DNA of 44,627 nt, taken from positions 1 to 44,627 of the forward strand of contig JAFNAG010000002.1 in assembly GCA_017860135.1 (NCBI GenBank), in the 5' to 3' direction. The translations under genes and the position numbers were made by a program. The stretch comes from Acidobacteriota bacterium. GTDB taxonomy: Bacteria; Acidobacteriota; UBA6911. Positions 20,461-29,629 of this stretch are shown piece after piece (positions within the stretch are counted from its first letter, which is position 1; each line of letters begins with the position of its first letter). The notes beneath the pieces are model-generated. The model ran no database searches. It was not told the origin of the DNA and saw only the letters and a list, made by a program, of their open reading frames with translations.

Positions 20461-20535
20461 CGGGGCCGCGGCAGTCAGGGAGCGGACGGTTCTTACCCGC
20501 AGTAATGCCACCCGCCCCCTGATGTTGCGGCTCTG
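20461..20535. repeat. REP-like inverted doublet
   Basis: CGGGGCCGCGGCAGTCAGGGAGCGG pairs with CCGCCCCCTGATGTTGCGGCTCTG; differences are transitions plus one indel. A related arm lies at 35338-35368. Confidence 0.65.
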
Positions 20536-20581
20536 TTTTCCGGCCGAGCGGAATCGCCCCCGCGGAACGAGGAGAGAAACC

Positions 20582-21922
20582 ATGAAAAACCAACGCCAGT
20601 TGCGCAACGATGCGCTTCGCTTGTGCGGTGCCGCCCTCCGCGCCGTCGATCCCGCTGCCGCCGTGCGCAGGCACGTTCAAATCGACGGCAGCCGGTGCGG
20701 GGTGGACGGGCACACCTTCGACCTGGACAGGGTGCGGCGCGTCTGGGTGCTGGGGGCGGGAAAAGCGGCTGCCCCGATGGCGCGGGCTCTCGAGAAACTG
20801 CTGGGCGACCGGCTGCGGGGTGGGCTGGTGGTTACGCGCTATGGATACGGCCTGCCTCTCAGAAGGGTCGAGCTGATCGAAGCCGGGCACCCTTTGCCCG
20901 ATGCCAACAGTGCCGCGGCCGCGGCGCGCATCGCACACATTGCGGAACGCGAAATCACCTCCCGCGACCTGGTATTCGTGCTCCTGTCCGGGGGCGGTTC
21001 GGCGCTCATGGTCGCGCCGGCAGCCGGCATCCGCTGGGAGGACAAGCTTGCCTGCACGCGGCTGCTTCTCAGATGCGGCGCCACGATTCAGGAAACCAAC
21101 GCGATCCGAAAGCACCTGTCCCATCTGAAAGGCGGCGGGCTGGCCAGACTCCTCTCCTCCGTTCCGGTCGTGTCCCTGATCCTGTCCGATGTGGTCGGCG
21201 ATGAGCTCGACACCATCGCGTCGGGGCCGCTGGTTCCCGACTCCACGACGTTTCAGGAGTGCGTGGAGATTCTGCGGAGACTTCGGATCAAGGACAAGGT
21301 CCCCCCTGCAGTGAGAGAACGGCTGGAAAGCGGAGCGGCCGGGAAAATCCCCGAAACGCCCAAGCCCGGAGACCCGATATTCCGCAGGAAGGTAAATGTC
21401 ATTGTGGGGAGCAACACGCAGGCTTGCACCGCGGCGGCCAACGCAGCACGGCGCCTGGGGTACCACACGATGGTGCTCACATCCCGCCTCGAAGGGGACA
21501 CCCGCGGGGCCGCCCGCTTCCATCTGGGGATTCTGCGGGAAATAGTCGCGGAGTCCCGTCCCTTGCGCCGGCCGGCTTGCCTGATCAGCGGCGGGGAGAC
21601 CACCGTTCAGGTGGCCGGAACCGGAAGCGGCGGCCGCAACCAGGAATTTGCCCTGCACTGTGTGCGCGGGCTGGCCAGCCTCCCGGCCGCGTGCGTGGGC
21701 GCCAGCCTGGCCACGGACGGCACCGACGGGCCCACGGATGCGGCCGGCGCCCTGGTGGACGCTTCCTCCCTTTCCCGCTCGCTCAAACTGGGGGCGAACT
21801 TCCTCACCGAGTGCCAGAACAACAACGATTCATACGAGTTTTTCCGGCGGTTGGGGGATGCGATCATGACGGGTCCCACTCGCACGAATGTCATGGACCT
21901 GCATATTTTCCTGCTGGGATGA
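20582..21922 (+). CDS. Glycerate 2-kinase, MOFRL/TtuD family
   Basis: GAGKAAAPMA, AGHPLPD, LLSGGGSAL, SDVVGD..IASGP, GGETTV, GGRNQE, TDGTDGPTDAAG and TGPTRTNVMD motifs; GAGGAG RBS. Confidence 0.93.
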   Translation: MKNQRQLRNDALRLCGAALRAVDPAAAVRRHVQIDGSRCGVDGHTFDLDRVRRVWVLGAGKAAAPMARALEKLLGDRLRGGLVVTRYGYGLPLRRVELIEAGHPLPDANSAAAAARIAHIAEREITSRDLVFVLLSGGGSALMVAPAAGIRWEDKLACTRLLLRCGATIQETNAIRKHLSHLKGGGLARLLSSVPVVSLILSDVVGDELDTIASGPLVPDSTTFQECVEILRRLRIKDKVPPAVRERLESGAAGKIPETPKPGDPIFRRKVNVIVGSNTQACTAAANAARRLGYHTMVLTSRLEGDTRGAARFHLGILREIVAESRPLRRPACLISGGETTVQVAGTGSGGRNQEFALHCVRGLASLPAACVGASLATDGTDGPTDAAGALVDASSLSRSLKLGANFLTECQNNNDSYEFFRRLGDAIMTGPTRTNVMDLHIFLLG

Positions 21923-21938
21923 CACCCATCCGGACGAC

Positions 21939-23063
21939 CTACGGCGGCGGGCCTGACGTTACGGGTCGTTTCGTGTGCAGGATCTCGCGGAATTCGAAGC
22001 GATAAAAATTGAGGAAGGAGACGAAGAGCGCGACTATGAGCGGGCCGAGCAGGACACCGAGGAAACCGAACGCCTTCAATCCACCGAGCACGCTGAAGAA
22101 AACCAGAAGCGGATGCATGTCGGTCCTGCCCTGGATGATCATCGGCTTGAGCACATTGTCGATCGAGCCCACCACCAAAGTTCCCACTGCCAGCAACACG
22201 ATGCCGCGCGTCGTATGTCCTGCAAGGATCAGATAGGCCGTCCAGGGCAGCCAGACGATCAACGCTCCCACGATCGGGACGAGAGACATCAGCGAAACCA
22301 CCGCCCCCCAGAAGAGAGGCGCCGGCAGGCCCAGGGACAGGAAGAGAAGACATGCGGCAATTCCCTGCACCACCGCGGTCAACAGCGAACCGAAGAAGGT
22401 CGCATAGGTGACGTCCTCGAATCTCTTGATGATCTCCGCTTCATACACGGCAGGCAGAGGGTTCGAGGACCTGATCGTCTCCAAAAGCTGCGGTCCGTCG
22501 CGGAGCAGGAAGAACATGGAAATGAACATCAGAAAGAAGTGGAAGATCATCTCCCCGACGCCCCGGAGGAATGAAGGACCTCTGCCCACCAGAAATCTGC
22601 TGACGTTGCTCGCCGCGTCCTGCAGGTACTTCTCGATGTTGAGCTCCCCCGCGCCAAGCCACTTCTGCGCCTGCGCCGCGAGATATTGAATCGTCGGACG
22701 GCGCTGCAGCTCCTTCAAATGCGCCGTAACTCCCGCCAGGGAGCCGGACTGCTGCTGCAGGTCCTGATAGAAAGCGATCGATTGCTGCGTGATGATGACG
22801 CCGAGGAACGTGACCGGGAGCACGATGAGGAGGAGGACGAGGAGGCAGGTGATGGAAGCCGCGGCCGTACGCCGGCGGCGCACACGGGGAAGAATACGCT
22901 TGAACAAAGGGTAAAAAACCACAGCCAGAACAGCAGCCCAGGCCAGCACCGACAGAAACGGGGAGAGGATACGGTACATAAAGTAGGTGACGGCCGCGAA
23001 GCAGGCCAGGAAAAACACGATGGCCAGTCGGGACTTGTCGGTGGCGATGGGATCATTCGTCAT
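21939..23063 (-). CDS. AI-2E (PerM/YdiK) family transporter
   Basis: Multiple TM helices; FFLLRDG, IDNVLKP and HPLLVFFSVLGGLKAFGFLGVLLGP motifs. Confidence 0.92.
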   Translation of the reverse strand: MTNDPIATDKSRLAIVFFLACFAAVTYFMYRILSPFLSVLAWAAVLAVVFYPLFKRILPRVRRRRTAAASITCLLVLLLIVLPVTFLGVIITQQSIAFYQDLQQQSGSLAGVTAHLKELQRRPTIQYLAAQAQKWLGAGELNIEKYLQDAASNVSRFLVGRGPSFLRGVGEMIFHFFLMFISMFFLLRDGPQLLETIRSSNPLPAVYEAEIIKRFEDVTYATFFGSLLTAVVQGIAACLLFLSLGLPAPLFWGAVVSLMSLVPIVGALIVWLPWTAYLILAGHTTRGIVLLAVGTLVVGSIDNVLKPMIIQGRTDMHPLLVFFSVLGGLKAFGFLGVLLGPLIVALFVSFLNFYRFEFREILHTKRPVTSGPPP

Positions 23064-23178
23064 GGCGGATCACCTCGCGCCGTTTGCCTGGAATCACCGC
23101 GGCGGAACGCCGTCGCCGCTGCCGGCATGAATGCTATCTTATACCACATCCTGCCGCAAACCGGCGTCGGGCTGTTTT

Positions 23179-24381
23179 TCAAGGGAGCGACCGAAGCGCC
23201 TGGTCCAGGTCCTCGATGATGTCTGATGCATCCTCTATGCCCACCGACAGGCGCACCAGGCCGTCGTCTATGCCGATCTCCGCCCTCTCGGACGGCGCAA
23301 GCGCCCGATGGGACGAAGTGGCCGGATGCAGGACGATAGTGTAGATATCCCCCAGGGTTGTCGCGGGCAGGCAAAGCGCAAGCGCATCCATGAACCGGAA
23401 AGCAACGGCCTTGTCCGCACCGGCGATCTGGAAGGAGAGCACCGCGCCGAAGCCTCTCCCCTGCAGCAGCCTGCGCGCCAGTTCATGCTGTGGGTGCGTG
23501 GCCAGGCCCGGGTAGTGAATCCTCTCGATCTTCGGGTGCGCAGACAGCCACCCGGCGATCCGGAGGGCGCTCTCGCACTGCTGGCGCATCCGCAGCGGAA
23601 GGGTTTTGAGCCCGCGCATCGCCAGCCATGCCTCGAACGGTCCGAGGTTGCTTCCGATCATCTTGTTGAGCTCATACATCCGATGCCGGTTCGCCGCCGA
23701 TGTGACGATCACGCCGGCCAATACGTCGCAGTGGCCGGCAATGAACTTGGTGACGCTGTGCATCACGAAATCCGCTCCAAACCCGCGGGGATTGCAGAGG
23801 TATGGGGTGGCAAATGTGTTGTCGATCAGCACCTGCGTGCCATGTCGATGAGCCAGATCGATGAGCGCAGGCTGGTCTGCCACTTTGAGGAGCGGATTGG
23901 AAATCGTCTCCGCGACGAGCAGGACCGGCCGGGTCTCCCCGAGAGCAGCTTCGACCGCGCGCAGATCGGTGCAATCCACCAGGCGGGCACTCACCCCGAG
24001 TTCGGCGAACAGGCGCCGCAGCATCGTGTAGGTCGCCCCATATACATCCATGGCAGCGACGACGCTTGATCCCTGGCGCACTCCCGCCGTCAGCAGCGCC
24101 AGATGAATCGCCGCCATGCCGGATGCGAAGGCGTAGGCGGCCTCCCCACCCTCGAGATCCGCGATGGCAGCCTCCAGTGCCGCTACCGTCGGACTGCCGT
24201 ACCGCGGGTATACAAAACCTTCCCGGGTTGTCCCGAGCACCCCGTCCAGCTCTTCCATGCGCTCGTAGACAAAACCGACCGTCGGGTGAATGGGACCGAC
24301 CACGGGAATGAAATCTTCCGGCGGCAGGTGCTCTCCGGCGTGCACAGCACGGGTGATAAAAGATTTTCTTCTGTTCGTCAT
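23179..24381 (-). CDS. Cys/Met metabolism PLP-dependent enzyme (cystathionine gamma-synthase/lyase family)
   Basis: YPRYGSPT, FASGMAAI, ETISNP, DNTFATP, HSVTKFIAGH (PLP Lys) and RLSVGIED motifs. Confidence 0.9.
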   Translation of the reverse strand: MTNRRKSFITRAVHAGEHLPPEDFIPVVGPIHPTVGFVYERMEELDGVLGTTREGFVYPRYGSPTVAALEAAIADLEGGEAAYAFASGMAAIHLALLTAGVRQGSSVVAAMDVYGATYTMLRRLFAELGVSARLVDCTDLRAVEAALGETRPVLLVAETISNPLLKVADQPALIDLAHRHGTQVLIDNTFATPYLCNPRGFGADFVMHSVTKFIAGHCDVLAGVIVTSAANRHRMYELNKMIGSNLGPFEAWLAMRGLKTLPLRMRQQCESALRIAGWLSAHPKIERIHYPGLATHPQHELARRLLQGRGFGAVLSFQIAGADKAVAFRFMDALALCLPATTLGDIYTIVLHPATSSHRALAPSERAEIGIDDGLVRLSVGIEDASDIIEDLDQALRSLP

Positions 24382-24476
24382 GGCGGCTCCTGAGATGTGA
24401 TCGGGCGCGAACGCATACGACCTCTTTCCGCAAACGCGGCATTATACCCCAAGCCGTAACCCGACAGTAATCTGCA

Positions 24477-24627
24477 TGAGAGCGGGCTCCAGGCCTATTG
24501 CGGGAGCGGGCTTAAGCCCCTCGCTTTAAAACCAATAATTATTCGTACCGCAGAAACTCAGGCCCAGTGAATTCGCGGAAGATGACCATGCGTCTTGGAA
24601 GAGCGCGGGCTGAAGCCCGCGCTCACA
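24477..24627. repeat. REP-like palindromes in an inverted (REPIN-like) arrangement
   Basis: Near-perfect palindrome GAGCGCGGGC-TGAA-GCCCGCGCTC at 24601-24624. Degenerate copies GGAGCGGGGCTTAAGCCCCTCGCT (~24503-24526) and GAGAGCGGGCTCCAGGCC (~24478-24495). Confidence 0.7.
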
Positions 24628-24658
24628 ACCGGCAATCACAGCGGGTTGGATTTGGCAT

Positions 24659-24687
24659 TTGACATTTCGGCTTGCCCATGCTAAACA
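24659..24687 (+). promoter_or_regulatory. Putative promoter of the ytxH-like gene
   Basis: TTGACA-17 bp-TAAACA with an extended TG; RBS TAAGGAGG before the ATG at 24726. Confidence 0.45.
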
Positions 24688-24725
24688 TCACGTTTACAAC
24701 GATTTATTAGAAGTAAGGAGGATGT

Positions 24726-25028
24726 ATGGCCGAAGAGACTGGAGTAGGGGAAAAGGCCCTGTTTTTTGTGCTTGGTGGTTTCGTCGGGGCGGCGATCGCG
24801 CTGCTTTTTGCACCTCGGAGCGGGGAGGAGACCCGGAAACTGATTGCAATAAAAACCCGCGAGGGCGCGGAATATATTTCGAACCGGACAAAGGAAGTGA
24901 AGGATAAGACCGGCGGACTGATCGACCGGGGCAAGGAAATCCTCCAGCAGCAGCGGGATCAGCTTTCCGCGGCCCTGGAAGCGGGCAAACAGGCGTACAA
25001 GGATGAAAAAGACAAAGCGAAGGCCTAA
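24726..25028 (+). CDS. YtxH-domain (general-stress-like) membrane-anchored coiled-coil protein
   Basis: FVLGGFVGAAIALLFAPRSGEETRK signature; AALEAGKQAY; perfect RBS. Confidence 0.88.
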   Translation: MAEETGVGEKALFFVLGGFVGAAIALLFAPRSGEETRKLIAIKTREGAEYISNRTKEVKDKTGGLIDRGKEILQQQRDQLSAALEAGKQAYKDEKDKAKA

Positions 25029-25034
25029 AATTCC

Positions 25035-25556
25035 TTGGAAACCATAGAGATTATACTGACCATTCTTACCGGAATCGTGGCGTTGGGTGTGATCCTGCAG
25101 GGCCTGGCGCTATGGACGCTTGCCCATAAGATTCGGGAACTCGCGGGCCGTCTGGAGGCGGTGAGTTCGAAGCTCACCAAAGACATAGAAGTTCTGGCGG
25201 TTCATGCGGATGAATTCCTGACCATGGCGAAAGCCATCGGCGATAAGGTGCAGGCACTGCAGGTGCATGTGACGGCCATCAGCCAGGTGGTTCACGACCG
25301 GGTTGTGGACGCCGATGCGTTCCTGACGGAAGCCACGGACACGGCTCGCCTGCAGGTCGCGCGGTTTCAGGATGTCGTCGACACCGCTTCGCACAGGATC
25401 GAGGAGACTATTGTGTCTCTGCAGGCGGCCATCCTGGCACCGGTCAGCGAGATCCAGGCGGTCATCCGCGGCGTTCGCGCCGGCCTGGACGTGCTGTTCG
25501 GCTGGCGCAGATCCGCTTCACGCCGTTCCCACGAAGACGAGGAAATGTTCATCTGA
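25035..25556 (+). CDS. Membrane-anchored coiled-coil protein, DUF948/YtxG-like
   Basis: TTG start 6 nt after the ytxH stop; N-terminal TM followed by a heptad-rich helix; C-terminal EDEEMFI. Confidence 0.7.
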   Translation: METIEIILTILTGIVALGVILQGLALWTLAHKIRELAGRLEAVSSKLTKDIEVLAVHADEFLTMAKAIGDKVQALQVHVTAISQVVHDRVVDADAFLTEATDTARLQVARFQDVVDTASHRIEETIVSLQAAILAPVSEIQAVIRGVRAGLDVLFGWRRSASRRSHEDEEMFI

Positions 25557-25634
25557 AGGGGCGGCCCGGACCCTGTTTCGCCGCCTGTTCCTGATGAATG
25601 CGCTGCAGGTCTGTTTCCTCCCGTCCCGTTTTTC

Positions 25635-27161
25635 TCATTCGCCCGGCTGCGTCAGCAGCGCGTCCACCCTGTGGATCGTCTCCCGGCAGCGATGCGCGAG
25701 CTCATCCACCTCGCGCCTGCAGGCTTCGGCGAAGGCGTGGTCCTTGACACCGGGAAGGTTGATGAGCACGTTGTACTGGGCTCCCTTCAAGGCGGCAAAC
25801 GCGAGTTGTGCGCCGGTTGCCGCGTCGCTCCGGGCGTTCCTGTTTCCGATCTCGGCGAGCAGCCCCAGCCGGTCCAGCACCTCGGCGGCGAGGCGTGCGG
25901 TGCGCAAGGGCACTTCGGTCGCGGTGCGCGTGGCCTTCTCGATGGCTTCGGAGCGCGCGGCCTTGTCGGCTTCGGTTTCTTTCGGCAGCTTCAATGCGGA
26001 CATTACGGCGGCGTAGGCATCCGAGTCCTCCTGCACCAGCCGGTGCAGGGCAGCACGCGCTTCGAGGAGCTGCGAGTGAATTCCACGGACGCGTTCTTCG
26101 ACCGCCTGGTACTTTTTTTTACCCTCGGTCAGGCCGGCCACCATTTCGCCCAGTGCGGCGGAGAGGGAAGCCGCGTGGGCGGCAACGCTGCCGCCGCCCG
26201 GCACTGCTTCCGGCGCCGCGACGCTGGAGACGAACTCCGCAAGCGCGGTCTCCCGCGGCAGCGCGTCGGCAAGCCGGTTCTCGAGAATCTGGTTTGCACT
26301 GAAGTTTTCGAGGCGCAGGTAGAAATCTGCGCAGGCATCCAGGGCCTGCTGCGGCACCAGCCCGACAATTTCGCTCGAGGCCACGGCAACACCGTAGCGC
26401 TCGGCCTCGCGGCGCACCATTTCGAACACCCTGAAAACCGGCGTCGCCTCGAAACGGGTGAGGTTCATGGAAACCTGAACCTGGTTCCTTTCCTGGATTT
26501 CAAATCCCAATGCCTTGACGTAGCGAAGGCCGCCGCCGGCAAAACGGATGGCGCGCGCGATCGCCTGGGCGATTTTGACGTCGGGGGTTCTGAGGTAAAT
26601 GTTGTAGGCAATCAGGGGAAATCGTGCGCCGACCGCGGTGGCGCCTGCAGTCGGATGAACCTCGCACGGTCCGAAGTCCGGCTTGCGCTCCGGGTTGCTT
26701 CGAATCTCCTCGCGAATGGCCTCGAATTCGCCCCGGCGTATGTGCGCGAGGTCCTGGCGGGCCGGGACCCGCGCGGATTGCTCGTAGAGATAGACCGGAA
26801 TCTGGTAGCGTGCGGCGATGTCCTCCCCAACCTGCCTCGAGAGCTGGACGCAATCCTCGATGCTCATGCCCGCAATGGGGACAAAAGGGATCACATCTGT
26901 GGCGCCCATGCGCGGGTGCTCGCCCTTGTGCTGCCGCAGGTCGATGAGCTCTGCCGCCTTCCCCACCGCGTCGATCACGCCGCGGGCCAGCGCTTGCGGC
27001 TCGCCGGCCACAGTGATGACGCTCCGGTTGTGGGCCGCATCCATCTCCGCATCGAGCAGGGCAAGGCCGGAGTGCCCGGTCAGTGCTGCGACAAGCGCGT
27101 CGACGACATTTTTGCGCCTTCCTTCACTGAAATTCGGCACGCATTCGACGATCTTTTTCAC
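25635..27161 (-). CDS. ftcD: Bifunctional glutamate formimidoyltransferase/formiminotetrahydrofolate cyclodeaminase
   Basis: GTG start overlapping the hutI stop (GTGA). IVECVPNFSEGR, HNRSVIT, HKGEHPRMGATDVIPF and QVSMNL motifs, then a cyclodeaminase domain PGGGSVAA...SDA...NVLINL. Confidence 0.93.
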   Translation of the reverse strand: MKKIVECVPNFSEGRRKNVVDALVAALTGHSGLALLDAEMDAAHNRSVITVAGEPQALARGVIDAVGKAAELIDLRQHKGEHPRMGATDVIPFVPIAGMSIEDCVQLSRQVGEDIAARYQIPVYLYEQSARVPARQDLAHIRRGEFEAIREEIRSNPERKPDFGPCEVHPTAGATAVGARFPLIAYNIYLRTPDVKIAQAIARAIRFAGGGLRYVKALGFEIQERNQVQVSMNLTRFEATPVFRVFEMVRREAERYGVAVASSEIVGLVPQQALDACADFYLRLENFSANQILENRLADALPRETALAEFVSSVAAPEAVPGGGSVAAHAASLSAALGEMVAGLTEGKKKYQAVEERVRGIHSQLLEARAALHRLVQEDSDAYAAVMSALKLPKETEADKAARSEAIEKATRTATEVPLRTARLAAEVLDRLGLLAEIGNRNARSDAATGAQLAFAALKGAQYNVLINLPGVKDHAFAEACRREVDELAHRCRETIHRVDALLTQPGE

Positions 27162-28423
27162 GTTCGCTCCAATCGATTGATGACGATATTCCCTTTTTTG
27201 ACAGTCACGACGCAGTGATTCACACCGAAGAAGTACGGGATCTCCCTGTAATTGGCCACGTTCATCAGGACGATGTCGGCCTGTTTGCCCTCCTCCAGGC
27301 TGCCGAGCCTTTCCGACAGGCCCAGGGAGCAGGCGCCGTTTATCGTGGCGGCGGTGATCGCCTCCGCCGGCGTCATTCTCATCTGGCTGCATGCGATCGA
27401 GAGGATGATCTGCATGTTCAGAGTAAAGCAGGAACCCGGATTGAAATCGGTCGCCAGCGCCACCGGGACGCCGGCCTCGATCAGGCTGCGTGCCGGCGGG
27501 TAACGGTTGAGGCCGAGGTTGAACGTCGAGCCGGGAACCAGTGTCGCCATCGTCCCGGCCTTGCGCAGGCGCGTGATGTCGCGCCGGTCGATGTACTCCA
27601 GGTGGTCCGCGCTGAGCGCGCCGAGTTCGGCCGCCAGGCTGGCGCCGCCGCTTCGGGCAAGCTGGTCGGCATGGATGCGCAGCTTCAGGCCCGCCTCTTT
27701 GGCGGCCTGCAGAATGGCGCGCGCTTCCCCGACCTGGAAGTAGCCCGTATCGCAAAAGACGTCGCAAAAAGAGGCAAGCCCTTCCCGGGCCACGCGCGGG
27801 ATCATCTCTTCGATGATGCGGCGAACATATTCCGGCCGCGAGTCGCGGAATTCATCCGGGACATCGTGGGCGCCCAGGAAGGTGGGCACGACTTCGAGCC
27901 GGCTCCGGCTGCGGAGCGCCGCCAGCACCTGCAGGCTCTTGAGTTCATCCTCCAGGCTCAGGCCGTAGCCGCTCTTGGCCTCGATCGTCGTGGTGCCGTG
28001 TTCCAGGAATTGCCGGAAGTGGCGTTCGACGCGGACGGAAAGCTGCTCCGGGCTTGCAGCCCTCAGTTGGCGCACGCTGGCCCGGATCCCTCCGCCGGCA
28101 GCCGCGATTTCCTGGTAGGTCTTGCCTTGGGATCGGAGGTCGTATTCGTCGGATCGCGTGCCGCCGAACACCGGATGCGTATGGCTGTCCACGAAACCGG
28201 GGAGGGCAACGAGGTCCAGTCCCACGCCGTCGAAAACCTCATAGTGCGAATTCGACTCCCCCGCAGGCAGTTCCCGCGTCGGCCCCACCCAGACGATGCG
28301 TTCCGCGCGGATCAGAATCGCGCCGTCCTCGATGATGCCGAGATCCGACATGGCGGCGCCGCAACGGGCCGAGGGACCTCCGCGGAGAGTGAGAACCTGG
28401 CTGATATTCTTGATAAGCAGCAT
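27158..28423 (-). CDS. hutI: Imidazolonepropionase
   Basis: PGFVDSHTH, YQEIAAAGGGI, GTTTIEAKSGYGL, FLGAH, DVFCD, HADQ, ADHLE and ATDFNPG motifs. Confidence 0.95.
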   Translation of the reverse strand: MLLIKNISQVLTLRGGPSARCGAAMSDLGIIEDGAILIRAERIVWVGPTRELPAGESNSHYEVFDGVGLDLVALPGFVDSHTHPVFGGTRSDEYDLRSQGKTYQEIAAAGGGIRASVRQLRAASPEQLSVRVERHFRQFLEHGTTTIEAKSGYGLSLEDELKSLQVLAALRSRSRLEVVPTFLGAHDVPDEFRDSRPEYVRRIIEEMIPRVAREGLASFCDVFCDTGYFQVGEARAILQAAKEAGLKLRIHADQLARSGGASLAAELGALSADHLEYIDRRDITRLRKAGTMATLVPGSTFNLGLNRYPPARSLIEAGVPVALATDFNPGSCFTLNMQIILSIACSQMRMTPAEAITAATINGACSLGLSERLGSLEEGKQADIVLMNVANYREIPYFFGVNHCVVTVKKGNIVINRLERT

Positions 28424-28437
28424 GGCGCAGTCCTGTC

Positions 28438-29586
28438 CTAACTCTTCCGCCTCACTACGAGGATCGTGATGTCATCCTGGATTTCGGCGTTCCGTGCGAA
28501 GCCGCAGACGGTCCGATACAGACTCCCCGCGAGTTGCGCGGCGCCGGCGGCGGAGTTGTGCCGGATCGCCTCGATGAAGCGGGCCTCGTCGAACATCTGC
28601 CCGTCCGGGTCCGTTGCGTCCGTAGCGCCGTCGCTGGCCATCACGAGCAGGTCCCCCCTGTCCATCTGGAGCGGCGCCTCGTCGTACTCGCTCCCCTCGA
28701 ACAGACCCAACGGCACTCCGGAGACGGCAAGACGCGTGACATCGGCCCCCCGCAGCAAGTACGGGAAGGGCATGCCGCTGTTCGCGAATCTGCAGGATCC
28801 GCTGGCCAGATCGGCTTGCAGGCAGGCGACCGCGATGTAATTGTTGACCTTGTAGTGCGCCACCAGACTCGAGTTGGCGCGGGCGAGGATTTGTCCCGGA
28901 GACAGAGCCTGCGCGAAGAGCGCGCGCAGCTGCCCGCTGAAAACCGCGCCATACAGGGCGGCGGGGATGGATTTCCCCGACACATCGCCGATCACCAGGT
29001 GCAGGGATCCCTCGGCCTCCTTCCAGTCGAAGTCGTAGAGGTCGCCTCCGACCTCACGCGCCGGATGGTACTCGACTGCAACTTCGTATCCGGAAATCTC
29101 GGGGCAGCGCGGCGGCAGGATGTATCCCTGGATCTCCCTGGCGATCTCGAGCTCGCGTGCGAGCCGCTCACGGCGGATCAGCTCCCTTCGGAACCGGGCG
29201 TTCTCGATCGCCAGGCGATAGGATTCCAGGCCGCGCTCCACCGTCATCAGCAGGTCGGGCGGGTCCCACGGCTTTACGATATAACGAAACACTTTGCAGC
29301 TGTTGATCGCCGCCATCAGCACGTCCACGTCCGTATATCCGGTCAGGATGATCCGTACGGCATCGGGGAGCCGGGTCAGGGACTGACGGAACAGGTCGAC
29401 CCCCGTCATGTCCGGCATCCTCTGATCCGCGATGATGACGGCGATATCGTCATTCTGCTGGATCAATTCAAGCGCCTGGCGCCCGCTTGACGCCGTCAGC
29501 ACGCGGTACCGGCCCACAAAGGTTCGCTGGAGCTTCTGCAGGTTGGCGATTTCGTCATCCACAACCAGGATCTTGGCTACTTCCAT
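28438..29586 (-). CDS. Response-regulator receiver fused to a PP2C/SpoIIE (RsbU-like) phosphatase
   Basis: REC domain: KILVVDDE, IIADQRMP, LTG, KPW. Coiled coil ELEIAREIQ. PP2C metal motifs VGGDLYD, GDVSGK, SDG and DDIT. Confidence 0.92.
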   Translation of the reverse strand: MEVAKILVVDDEIANLQKLQRTFVGRYRVLTASSGRQALELIQQNDDIAVIIADQRMPDMTGVDLFRQSLTRLPDAVRIILTGYTDVDVLMAAINSCKVFRYIVKPWDPPDLLMTVERGLESYRLAIENARFRRELIRRERLARELEIAREIQGYILPPRCPEISGYEVAVEYHPAREVGGDLYDFDWKEAEGSLHLVIGDVSGKSIPAALYGAVFSGQLRALFAQALSPGQILARANSSLVAHYKVNNYIAVACLQADLASGSCRFANSGMPFPYLLRGADVTRLAVSGVPLGLFEGSEYDEAPLQMDRGDLLVMASDGATDATDPDGQMFDEARFIEAIRHNSAAGAAQLAGSLYRTVCGFARNAEIQDDITILVVRRKS

Positions 29587-29629
29587 GGAAGCAGTTCCTT
29601 CGGTCCGGACGAGTCGAGCGGTCCCGGGA

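Noticed and set aside
23179-24381. Specific call as methionine gamma-lyase
   Set aside because: It has YGAT rather than the YGCT typical of many MGLs; the subfamily cannot be assigned by eye.
24382-24480. SAM riboswitch upstream of the Cys/Met PLP enzyme
   Set aside because: A TATAAT lies only ~60 nt upstream of the ATG and no SAM-I core motifs are visible.
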